Virus record (IMG/VR): IMGVR_UViG_3300025161_000004
Span: 124,001-188,000 of that record
Length of the DNA stretch: 64,000 nt
Strand: one strand, 5' to 3'
The position numbers and the translations under genes were made by a program. This document shows positions 28,121 through 37,120 of this stretch, one piece after another. The notes below the pieces were generated by a model that was not told the DNA's origin, made no database searches, and saw only the letters and a list, made by a program, of their open reading frames with translations. The stretch's first letter is position 1. Each line of letters begins with the position of its first letter.

Positions 28121-29250
28121 AAATAAAACAAAATAATAAAACGTATATACCTAAATTTTCTAAACCTGAAACAAGAGATATTTATTCACATTTTTTTGAT
28201 TCTGATTTCGGAATTTTACAAAAAAATATTATATCGTATTTTAATAATACCTTAAATATTGATTCATTTTCTATTACAGTCGAAAATCTATTGAAGGATG
28301 ATTTATACATAAAACTTAATGAATTGGGTTTTTATTTATTATACAAACACGAAAATCTTAATAGAAATGATAAACAAAACACCACACAAAGTAATTTTGC
28401 AATTGATGATTTTTATTATGGTGATAGTGTTACAGTTTTTGCAAAAGAAAATTATGAAGCAATTTTAAGTATTGAGAGATCAAGTAGGAATAATTTAAAT
28501 GTTACATGCTTCTATATTCAAGAAACAAAAAATATAGAAGAATTAATCAAATTTCTTAGTAAACATCACCGTAAGATAGATAAAAAGGTTCAAATAATAA
28601 CGAGAAGATCGCATGGTTATGAAATACAAGCTATTGATGTAAAAAAAATTGATATTGATTTCGATCTCTATTACAATGATGATTTTAAATATTCTGAATT
28701 GAAAAAAAATATTGAATTAGATGAAAATGGAATCATCATTATGAGCGGTGTACCGGGAAGCGGTAAAAGTTCCCTTATAAAGTACATGATAAGAGATATT
28801 CCAAGAGAATTTTGCTATTTACCACCAAATAATATTGAATTGTTTTCTGATCCTTCTTCACTACCATTTATTATTCAAGAGTTAAATAATAAGATTTTAA
28901 TAATCGAGGATTGTGAAAAATTATTAAGATCAAGAGATGAAGGTGACAATTGGAATATTGCAACAATATTAAATATTAGTGATGGTATTTTAGGAGATTA
29001 TCTTAATTTAAAGATGATTTTAACCATCAATACTACCGAAAAAATAGATGAGGCTTTGTTAAGAAAAGGAAGATTACTATATTCGTATGATTTTAAAAAT
29101 CTGACTGTGGCTAAAGTAAATGCTTTAGCTAAAAAACTTGGAATTGATAAGGAATTTACACAAGAATTACCATTGACTGATCTTTTAAATTATGATAAAG
29201 AAAATAATGCAACTAATTTTGTTAAGAAAAAGAAAAAAATAGGATTTTAA
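28117..29250 (+). CDS. AAA+ ATPase
   Basis: GVPGSGKS Walker A, LIIEDCE Walker B, IDEALLRKGRL SRH, C-terminal KKIGF. Confidence 0.9.
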   Translation: MKIKQNNKTYIPKFSKPETRDIYSHFFDSDFGILQKNIISYFNNTLNIDSFSITVENLLKDDLYIKLNELGFYLLYKHENLNRNDKQNTTQSNFAIDDFYYGDSVTVFAKENYEAILSIERSSRNNLNVTCFYIQETKNIEELIKFLSKHHRKIDKKVQIITRRSHGYEIQAIDVKKIDIDFDLYYNDDFKYSELKKNIELDENGIIIMSGVPGSGKSSLIKYMIRDIPREFCYLPPNNIELFSDPSSLPFIIQELNNKILIIEDCEKLLRSRDEGDNWNIATILNISDGILGDYLNLKMILTINTTEKIDEALLRKGRLLYSYDFKNLTVAKVNALAKKLGIDKEFTQELPLTDLLNYDKENNATNFVKKKKKIGF

Positions 29251-29693
29251 TGTCTATGAATAAAATAAAATTTAAAAAATTATCAACACATGCCGTTTCA
29301 CCTTATAAAGCAAAAAAAGGCGATGCGGGCTTTGATATGACTGCAATTTCAATAGATGAAACCGAAAATTACATTGAGTATGGTACGGGTATTGCCGTTG
29401 AAATACCAGAAAATTATTTAGGAATACTTGTACCAAGAAGTTCAGTTACAAATAAAAATCTTATTTTGAAAAATTCTATTGGAATTATAGATAGTGGATA
29501 TCGTGGTGAACTTAAATTCAGATATTTACGATTGAAAGATGAAACAGGTAATATGAGAAATAATATTTATAATGTTGGTGAAAGATGTGGTCAACTGATA
29601 ATTTTAGAACTTCCATGTTTTGAAATGGAAGAAGTTAATGAATTATCTGATTCTGAAAGAGGGTGTGGTGGATACGGAAGTACGGGAAGTTAG
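29250..29693 (+). CDS. dut: dUTPase (trimeric)
   Basis: DAGFD, PRSS, GIIDSGYRGE, SERGCGGYGSTG motifs. Confidence 0.95.
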   Translation: MSMNKIKFKKLSTHAVSPYKAKKGDAGFDMTAISIDETENYIEYGTGIAVEIPENYLGILVPRSSVTNKNLILKNSIGIIDSGYRGELKFRYLRLKDETGNMRNNIYNVGERCGQLIILELPCFEMEEVNELSDSERGCGGYGSTGS

Positions 29694-29886
29694 AGAATAC
29701 CATAGTAATGGTTTTCTAAAGTCAATTTATTTTCTTAATAATGAAAATAAAAAACATGGCATATATAAAGAATATTGGTTTGATGATGGATCACTTATGC
29801 AAATAAGTTTTTATAATAATGATATTTTAGAAACAAGTATATATTTTTATAAATATGGAAGTAAAACTCAAATCAATTACACCTAA
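29620..29886 (+). CDS. MORN-variant/YwqK-like repeat protein (start uncertain)
   Basis: EYHSNGFLKS...KHGIYKEYWFDDGSLMQISFYNND repeats; overlaps both neighbours. Confidence 0.55.
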   Translation: MKWKKLMNYLILKEGVVDTEVREVREYHSNGFLKSIYFLNNENKKHGIYKEYWFDDGSLMQISFYNNDILETSIYFYKYGSKTQINYT

Positions 29887-30535
29887 TGCAGAATTGAATA
29901 TTGTTGAAATAGCAAGAGTTAGTTCAACAAGAAAAGATAAAACTGAAAAACCAGAACAATTACTTAACTATCTTATAAAGAATAAGCACTGGAGTCCATT
30001 TGAACATAGTTATTTAACTTTTGAAATAATTACATCAAAAGCAATAGGTATTCAATTATTAAGACACAGAAGTTTTACTTTTCAAGAATTGAGTCAACGA
30101 TATGCTATTGTAGATAATATAGAATCGATTGAATTCAGACTTCAAGCAAAAAAGAATAGGCAAAGCAGTACATTTAGTATCGCAAAATTAGATTTCAATG
30201 ATAGCACATTTAAATTATCATTAGAAGCTGAAAATTTTTATCAGGTAGAATATAATGACCTTTTAATGGAAATCGGTAAAAATATTCTTAAAGCTCAAGA
30301 ATTATATAAAAGGGCAATTGAAAATGGAATAGCTAAAGAGTGTGCAAGAATGATATTGCCAATGGCAACTGAAACTAAAATATATATGACTGGTAGTATT
30401 AGATCATGGATTCATTTTTTGGAAATTAGAGATGATGAGCACGCACAAAAAGAAATACAATTGATAGCGAAAGAAATAAAAAGAATATTTACATCTGAAT
30501 GTCCTATTATAAGTAAATCTTTGGGTTGGTGTTAA
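29855..30535 (+). CDS. thyX: Flavin-dependent thymidylate synthase
   Basis: HWSPFEH, RHRSFTFQELSQRY, ARMILP, HAQKEI. Confidence 0.95.
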   Translation: MEVKLKSITPNAELNIVEIARVSSTRKDKTEKPEQLLNYLIKNKHWSPFEHSYLTFEIITSKAIGIQLLRHRSFTFQELSQRYAIVDNIESIEFRLQAKKNRQSSTFSIAKLDFNDSTFKLSLEAENFYQVEYNDLLMEIGKNILKAQELYKRAIENGIAKECARMILPMATETKIYMTGSIRSWIHFLEIRDDEHAQKEIQLIAKEIKRIFTSECPIISKSLGWC

Positions 30536-30546
30536 AAATTTGAATT

Positions 30547-31104
30547 ATGAGAGTAGTAGAAACAGATATACTAGGCTGTTTTATAATATATCCTACTGTA
30601 TTTAACGATTACAGAGGTAGTTTTACAGAATTATTTAATTTAGAGCGATATATTGATATTGGTATTATTGATAGAAATACAAAATTTGTACAAGATAATA
30701 TTTCATTTTCTGTATCTGGTACAATAAGAGGGCTGCACTTCCAAAAAGGAATACATGCACAAGCCAAACTTGTGACATGTCTAATGGGTAGAGTGTTAGA
30801 TGTAATTGTGGATTGTAGAAAAAGTAGCCCTTCATTTGGTAAGGTATTGACGTATGATATTGATTCAGTAGCAAAACAACAAATATATATACCACGTGGT
30901 TGTGCACATGGTTTTGCCGTGTTATCTGATTCAGCATATTTCATGTACAAATGTGATAATTATTATAATAGAGAAAGTGATTCTGGTATTGTCTATAATG
31001 ATCCCGATCTTAAAATAAATTGGTTTGTGGATAATGGACTTCCCTTAATCTCTGAAAAGGATAGAAATTTACCTACATGGAATAATTGTTATAAATTTGA
31101 ATGA
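30547..31104 (+). CDS. rmlC: dTDP-4-dehydrorhamnose 3,5-epimerase
   Basis: DYRGSF, VQDNISFS, IRGLHFQ, QAKLVTC, IPRGCAHGF, YKCDNYY, ISEKD. Confidence 0.95.
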   Translation: MRVVETDILGCFIIYPTVFNDYRGSFTELFNLERYIDIGIIDRNTKFVQDNISFSVSGTIRGLHFQKGIHAQAKLVTCLMGRVLDVIVDCRKSSPSFGKVLTYDIDSVAKQQIYIPRGCAHGFAVLSDSAYFMYKCDNYYNRESDSGIVYNDPDLKINWFVDNGLPLISEKDRNLPTWNNCYKFE

Positions 31105-31340
31105 ATGTTTTCATAGCATGTATATTAATATTATCCATTACAGTACTTCTATTATCGATTGCTATTCTTTTAGTTATAAAGAAAACAATCTATTTGTCAA
31201 GGAAGGAAAAGGATTTTATTGAATTTGCTATTGATATGTATATTGACTATGCCAAAGATTTGGATATAAATTCAGAAACAGAACATGATAGAATTGTTGT
31301 AGAACTAAAAAAAATTAAAGACAAACTAAATAAAGAATAA
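31101..31340 (+). CDS. Small membrane protein
   Basis: N-terminal hydrophobic helix. Confidence 0.7.
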   Translation: MNVFIACILILSITVLLLSIAILLVIKKTIYLSRKEKDFIEFAIDMYIDYAKDLDINSETEHDRIVVELKKIKDKLNKE

Positions 31341-31341
31341 A

Positions 31342-32094
31342 ATGAATGAAAAATTAAAATATGTTATTACAGAACAAAATTATGATGCATATACTAAAGA
31401 AGATCAATTGGTTTGGAGTACTCTTTATTCTAAATTATATGTTTATTTTTTATATAAGGATGCTATCGTTACAGAATTTTACGATGGATTGTTAAAATTA
31501 AAAATCGGTAGTGACAGGATTCCAAAATTTGATGAAGTTAATAAAATACTCGCTCAAGAAACAGGATTTGAAATTGTCCCTGTAAATGGAATTGTAGATG
31601 ACGATATATTTTTTGCTTTTTTAAAAAACAAACAATTTCCAGTTACAACTTGGATAAGAAAGCCAGATCAGTTAAATTATATCGAACAACCTGATATGTT
31701 TCATGATTTATTTGGTCATGTACCTTTCTTGGTTAACAAGAAATATTGTGATTTTTTGATAAGATTAGGTAGACATGCGGAGGCAATATTTAATTCTAAC
31801 GATAAGGAAAGGCAGTATAAGATGAGTAGATTGTATTGGTATACAATTGAATTTGGATTGGTAAAAGACAAAATTGGAGATATATTAATATATGGTTCAG
31901 GTATAATATCTTCATTTGGTGAAACAAATAAAGTTTACGATTTATCAAGATCGAAATATAGCGATCATGAAATTTGTGAATTTAATTTAAATATTCTTAA
32001 TAGAAGATTTGTGAAAAACGAATTTCAAGAATTTTATGCGTATATTAGTGATTCATTAGATTCATTAATGGATATTCCAGTAGAATCGATATGA
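31342..32094 (+). CDS. phhA: Phenylalanine-4-hydroxylase (pterin-dependent aromatic amino acid hydroxylase)
   Basis: EQPDMFHDLFGHVP and LYWYTIEFGL give the 2-His-1-Glu iron triad; YGSGIISSFGE also present. Confidence 0.9.
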   Translation: MNEKLKYVITEQNYDAYTKEDQLVWSTLYSKLYVYFLYKDAIVTEFYDGLLKLKIGSDRIPKFDEVNKILAQETGFEIVPVNGIVDDDIFFAFLKNKQFPVTTWIRKPDQLNYIEQPDMFHDLFGHVPFLVNKKYCDFLIRLGRHAEAIFNSNDKERQYKMSRLYWYTIEFGLVKDKIGDILIYGSGIISSFGETNKVYDLSRSKYSDHEICEFNLNILNRRFVKNEFQEFYAYISDSLDSLMDIPVESI

Positions 32095-32637
32095 TTATTT
32101 AGTTTCGTTAAGAAATGGTAAGACATCTTCCTTAACTGGAATTGCAGTTATTTTTTTCCAATACGGTTTGAAATTGGCAATCGTTTGTGATGTTACATCA
32201 GTAACATTCTGAGCATTCTCAACTTCAAAATATCTTGGTCTCTCGCCTGACATGTTATATTCTATAATATCACCTCTAAGTATTTCAATATTTTTCTCTG
32301 CCAATTCTTGTAGATATACATTAACTACTATCGAAGTAATATCATCTCTAACAGCACCACCATCAGTATAATTTTTCTGTTCGGTATCGTTAATTTCAAC
32401 TAAGGCATGTAGTTCTACTGGTGGAAAAAATTTCTTATCTGATGGTTTTGCTTGCCCATATAATTTATGGACTTTAGATTCAATAACGTTTATTTTATGG
32501 ATTTTAACCTTATAGTTAACATCACTTTTAAGATACTCCCTACCAATACTAATATCTAGATTAAAACTATTCTCACTCATGAATAGTCCATAACGTTCAT
32601 GTTCTAAATTAATTATGTCAACTTTTTTCTTACTCAT
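32095..32637 (-). CDS. Neck/head-completion protein, T4 gp14-like
   Basis: Follows the gp13-like gene; HKLYGQA...F.PPVEL...VYLQEL...GDII pattern. Confidence 0.7.
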   Translation of the reverse strand: MSKKKVDIINLEHERYGLFMSENSFNLDISIGREYLKSDVNYKVKIHKINVIESKVHKLYGQAKPSDKKFFPPVELHALVEINDTEQKNYTDGGAVRDDITSIVVNVYLQELAEKNIEILRGDIIEYNMSGERPRYFEVENAQNVTDVTSQTIANFKPYWKKITAIPVKEDVLPFLNETK

Positions 32638-32638
32638 A

Positions 32639-33757
32639 TTATATTGCCATTATAGGAGTACGTGGTGGTTGATATCCTCTTTCTTTATTAACATTTTCAG
32701 CTATAGCTGCTCTATCAGCGGTCATTTGAACCAGCGATAATTTGTTCAGTGTGTCAAAAATCTTCTCACGTGTTTCGGTTTTAAGTTTTTCACCTTCATC
32801 TAAAAGATGTCTATAATCCATAGTTAGTGCCTTATTAGTACTACCAATTTCTCCAGAAAAGAATCCACGAATACCACCAATAACAATTTTAGTTCTTGCT
32901 ATGAAAAGATCACGAACTTGCTGTTTCGCTACATCATTTAATTTATCCCATCTCAAGATTTGAGTAGGAGCATCACTTGGTAATTTAATTATATCTTCAT
33001 TCTCCTCTAAACATTTATCTCTTCCAGAATCTTTTGTATCATAATAGAAATACCACACTTTTCTACCTTCATAATGTTTACCCCAACGACCAGCAATTTC
33101 ATTTCGTTTACCGGGAATAGGGTAAAGATGCAATAGCTTTGTACCATCAGCCTGACCAGTAATTCTATATGTCAGTGTTGATTGTAATACTCTTTGTTTC
33201 ATTCTTCTATCTTGTGCAGATAAAAGAATAGAATATGTTGGTTGAACATACATAGCAGGTCTACCCATATACGACCATCCAAATTGTCCCGCAGTCCAGT
33301 TAGTTAAGGCAAAAGGGTCATTTATACCTTGGTCAATTGATGGTGGAGTTTCCCACAAAACTTCATTAATTTCTCTATTAGCTGGTATTACATAATGTTG
33401 TGTATCTGCTGAAATCGTAATGAAATCTCTTTTTAATTCCCATTTATCACCAGCAGGAGCATTTGTACCTAAACCTACTTGTTTAGAATAGGCATAAGTA
33501 AAACTTCTCATGAAATCATTCGATTTTGTGCTATATGCAGTTAAAAAATCGGCACTATTAAGATCTAAACCCTGTAAAGATACCCATTGTTGTTGAATTA
33601 ACCACTCATTAACATAACTACTATAATCTTCTATAGAGAGTTCTAAAAATGAGTCTAACATCTCATCTGTGACTTGAATAGGTCTAATCGGATACCCCAA
33701 TTCATGTTTAACTTTTAAATAAAGTTTTTCTTTATCCGTTTTGCTTATTAGTGCCAT
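32639..33757 (-). CDS. Neck protein, T4 gp13-like
   Basis: VKHELGYPIRPIQVTDEMLD...LLDEGEKLK pattern; late motif at 33780-33787. Confidence 0.75.
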   Translation of the reverse strand: MALISKTDKEKLYLKVKHELGYPIRPIQVTDEMLDSFLELSIEDYSSYVNEWLIQQQWVSLQGLDLNSADFLTAYSTKSNDFMRSFTYAYSKQVGLGTNAPAGDKWELKRDFITISADTQHYVIPANREINEVLWETPPSIDQGINDPFALTNWTAGQFGWSYMGRPAMYVQPTYSILLSAQDRRMKQRVLQSTLTYRITGQADGTKLLHLYPIPGKRNEIAGRWGKHYEGRKVWYFYYDTKDSGRDKCLEENEDIIKLPSDAPTQILRWDKLNDVAKQQVRDLFIARTKIVIGGIRGFFSGEIGSTNKALTMDYRHLLDEGEKLKTETREKIFDTLNKLSLVQMTADRAAIAENVNKERGYQPPRTPIMAI

Positions 33758-33770
33758 TTTATTATATTTG
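33740..33770 (+). promoter_or_regulatory. Perfect Bacteroidetes sigma70 promoter TTTG-N19-TATATTTG
   Basis: Exact consensus; supports a start at ATG 33795. Confidence 0.75.
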
Positions 33771-33794
33771 TATTTTTATATAAATACTCAAAAA

Positions 33795-34319
33795 ATGACA
33801 TTTAAGATTGAATATCAAATACGACTAAATGATAATGGTAGACCCTATATCTATCTTAATCCAGAATTTCAAGATATACCTGCACATAGATTTTTTGTAT
33901 TGGAAATGACCAGATACATACTCTTTGATGTTATAGATAGAAATATGAGAAAACCTGATAACCAAAAGATATCTAATCAGGCGTTAAATATATTACAAAA
34001 TACAGCTATTTCAATTGGAAATATCAGTGACGAAATTGCAAAGATTATTAAATCATCAATGATCAATAATGTACCAATAAATAAAGTTTATAATGGTACT
34101 AAGTTTGATATCGTAGTAGATAGTAAATCAGATTTAAAGAATGTTTTAAAAGCATTTGTATTTAATAGTAAAATATATATAAGAAAAAACAATATCAAAG
34201 TACTCGTATTAGATGAAAAGAAAGTCTATCAGTTAGATTGGAAAAACATAAAAAAACCTAAATGGATACTATTAGATTCTTCAGAAAGGAATGAAAAAGA
34301 TTCAAAGAATGAAGCGTAA
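33795..34319 (+). CDS. Hypothetical protein
   Basis: Start moved from 33741 to 33795 on promoter position. Confidence 0.7.
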   Translation: MTFKIEYQIRLNDNGRPYIYLNPEFQDIPAHRFFVLEMTRYILFDVIDRNMRKPDNQKISNQALNILQNTAISIGNISDEIAKIIKSSMINNVPINKVYNGTKFDIVVDSKSDLKNVLKAFVFNSKIYIRKNNIKVLVLDEKKVYQLDWKNIKKPKWILLDSSERNEKDSKNEA

Positions 34320-35871
34320 AAAAAATAATAAAATGGAAAAGGTTTTTGAAAAAACAATAAACTGTAAATCCCAAGAATTACCAGTATTTCCATATCCACC
34401 AACAAAGGAACAAGAAGTTATTTTTGATGCAGCACTAAATAGTAATGATAATCTTCTTATTGAAGCGAGAGCAGGCGCATCAAAAACAACAACTATTATT
34501 CATATCGCAAAATTACTACCTAAAAATAAGAGTAAAATATTTCTTGCTTTTAATAGACACATTAAAGAAGAATTAACTCTTAAATTGCCTGAAGATGTGA
34601 AATGTTACACATCACATGGTTTAGGTATGATGGCTATTAAAAGAAAATATGGTGATAAAATCACCATGGATGAATTCAAGATAAGTAAAATCATAGAAAA
34701 GAAATCCGAAACTTGGAATCTTGAAAGAGATTTTACTATAGATCAAATTCCCGATTATAAATCTTCTATTCGTAAGATGGTTGATTTATGTAGATTAACC
34801 ATGACATTTGATAAGAAATATGTTGAATATATTGCAGAGAAATATGATATAGTGTATTCTGAACCTTTAGATATTAAAAGAGTTTTATCTGTATTGGATA
34901 GTGCCATGGAAGATAGAACTACATTTGATTTTATTGATATGATATTTTTACCTGCTGTAGATAAAACAATATGGGTACAACAGTTCGATTATATTTTTAT
35001 TGACGAAGCACAAGATATGTCAAGAGCGCAGCAAGAACTCGTAAAAAGATTAGTAAAACGTGATATGTTTAATAATTATGTTGGAAGAACTATAGTTGTC
35101 GGTGATGAAAAACAATCAATATATTCATTTGCTGGTTCAGATCACAAATCATTTGCATGGTTTAGAAAATTTAATAATCCAAAAATATTACCATTAACAA
35201 CCACATTTCGTTGTGCGAAAAAAATTGTCGAACACGCACAACAATTAGTTCCAGATATTATGCCAAGAGAAAATGCTCCTGATGGTGTGGTAATGAAAGG
35301 TAGCGTATACGATGCAAAAGATGGTGATTTTGTCTTGTGTAGAACTACAGCACCATTAGTCGTATTGTTTTTTGAACTTTTAGCACAAGGTAAAAAAGTG
35401 ACGATAAAAGGTAGCGATATTGGATTATCATTACTTGATATGATAAAAAAATATAAAAGTCTATCCACCATGAGTGCTGGATTATATAATGAACTTATTC
35501 AAATGCAAGGTATTTTAAGAAAGAAAGGTATAACTAAATTTCATGAGTGTAGTGCGTATGTTAATTTTATTGATAAGGTTGAAGTTTTAAACTTCATGGC
35601 AAAGCAAGTTAATGATATTGAAGAATTAAGAAAAAAAATTCAATCGATTTTTACTGAAAATGTTAGTGGTATTGTATTGAGTACGATTCATAAAGCAAAG
35701 GGGTTAGAAGCCGAAAGAGTCTTTATTATTAGACCAGATCAATTACCCATGAGAGTATCTAAGGCATGGATGGCAGAGCAAGAAAAAAATCTAATATATG
35801 TTGCAATGACTCGTGCTAAAAATGAATTGATTTATGATTATGAATGGACTAACGTAAAAGATGATGAGTAG
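34291..35871 (+). CDS. uvrD: UvrD/Rep-family SF1 helicase
   Basis: ARAGASKTT, IFIDEAQD, VGDEKQSIYSFAG, STIHKAKGLE, YVAMTRAK. Confidence 0.9.
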   Translation: MKKIQRMKRKKNNKMEKVFEKTINCKSQELPVFPYPPTKEQEVIFDAALNSNDNLLIEARAGASKTTTIIHIAKLLPKNKSKIFLAFNRHIKEELTLKLPEDVKCYTSHGLGMMAIKRKYGDKITMDEFKISKIIEKKSETWNLERDFTIDQIPDYKSSIRKMVDLCRLTMTFDKKYVEYIAEKYDIVYSEPLDIKRVLSVLDSAMEDRTTFDFIDMIFLPAVDKTIWVQQFDYIFIDEAQDMSRAQQELVKRLVKRDMFNNYVGRTIVVGDEKQSIYSFAGSDHKSFAWFRKFNNPKILPLTTTFRCAKKIVEHAQQLVPDIMPRENAPDGVVMKGSVYDAKDGDFVLCRTTAPLVVLFFELLAQGKKVTIKGSDIGLSLLDMIKKYKSLSTMSAGLYNELIQMQGILRKKGITKFHECSAYVNFIDKVEVLNFMAKQVNDIEELRKKIQSIFTENVSGIVLSTIHKAKGLEAERVFIIRPDQLPMRVSKAWMAEQEKNLIYVAMTRAKNELIYDYEWTNVKDDE

Positions 35872-36337
35872 TGATCAAATAAAAATAAATGAAATTTTAA
35901 ATTCAGATTCTAAAATGGTAAGAAATTTTTTTATAGGTGGCACTAAAGATGAAAGAATAAAAGTTGCCAAAAAAAAGGGTGAACAATTCATTATAGTATA
36001 TTTTATTTTGGAGAAAAAGAAAGGTTTTTTCTGGAATAAATTATATATGGAGGCATACGTATTATTACCTGATCCAATTAAAGAATTGAAAATAGTTCAT
36101 TTAAATGAATTCGAAAAAATTCCATATGAGGAATATTTTCCGAATAAAATAAATTTAATCAAGATTGAAGAATTGGATATTCCTAAGTTAATATATACAA
36201 CATATACCAACTATATTGAGAGATTAGAGATATTCAATAACATACATAAATATGCTGATATTATTAATGCATGGGACAAAGAGATAAATGATATGATAAA
36301 GGGAATTTCCGAAGCAGAAATTGAAGTTAATGACTAA
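35861..36337 (+). CDS. Hypothetical protein
   Basis: Coupled to the helicase gene. Confidence 0.65.
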   Translation: MMSSDQIKINEILNSDSKMVRNFFIGGTKDERIKVAKKKGEQFIIVYFILEKKKGFFWNKLYMEAYVLLPDPIKELKIVHLNEFEKIPYEEYFPNKINLIKIEELDIPKLIYTTYTNYIERLEIFNNIHKYADIINAWDKEINDMIKGISEAEIEVND

Positions 36338-36473
36338 TTACATTTTTAATATGGTTTGTAACCAATGATTGTTATTTTTTTTACTTGATGATATTATATT
36401 TTTCTTTAAAAAATTAACGTTTAAAAAGTATCTTTTACTTACTTTCCAAGTTTTGTCAATGATCTTCATTCAG

Positions 36474-36831
36474 CTATTTTAATATTTTTTTTATATCTCC
36501 ACTCATCTGCATTGTTTTTATAATATTATTCAGTGAGTCGATTTTTTTATTTTGTTTTTTTATTTTATATTCAAGTACTATAATAGTACTATCTTTTTTA
36601 AATAAACATTGATTAAGTTTTAGTAAACTATCTTTTTCCATTTGATGATTTTTAAATGCGTCTTTTCTTTCAATGTTTATTTTTTTTTATAGTGTTATCG
36701 TTTCCTTTAATATCTACATCAAGATATTTACGATTTATAAGAATTAACAATATAGGTAGTGTAATTAAAATTAAAAGACCAAACCAAATCATTACTGAGC
36801 CAAAGCTAACACTATTACCATATCTACTCAT
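36474..36831 (-). pseudogene. Membrane-anchored coiled-coil gene split by a frameshift in an A9 run (ORFs 36670-36831 and 36474-36680)
   Basis: Late motif at 36851-36858; frame A (53 aa, TM helix) stops 4 codons after A9, and frame B opens inside the A9. Confidence 0.45.
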
Positions 36832-37072
36832 TGGATAATTTTTCCTATAAATAAATACAATCCTTATATTATAAAATATTATGAAATTTATTAAGAAATA
36901 AAAAAAATAGTTTTATAGGTAAGTAATGATTAAAACATGAAGTATAATGTTATAAAAATATTTATATAATGAATTTTTATTGATATTTAAATTTTTGTTT
37001 ATATGAATTGGATTTGTTATTTGATTTGATTCTGTAAGGTTTCTTATATTTTTATATTAATAGTATTGAAAC

Positions 37073-37101
37073 AAAAAAGGGTTGCTTTTTTGCAACCCTT
37101 T
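37073..37101 (-). terminator. Terminator after major capsid gene
   Basis: AAAGGGTTGC-N6-GCAACCCTTT plus T-run on the minus strand. Confidence 0.85.
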
Positions 37102-37120
37102 AGTTTTAATTAGTTATCGA

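Noticed and set aside
33741-33794. Track's upstream start for the 33741-34319 ORF (also 62823, 12901 and 56022 starts)
   Set aside because: The extensions overlap promoter motifs or use TTG; downstream ATGs fit the promoter positions better.
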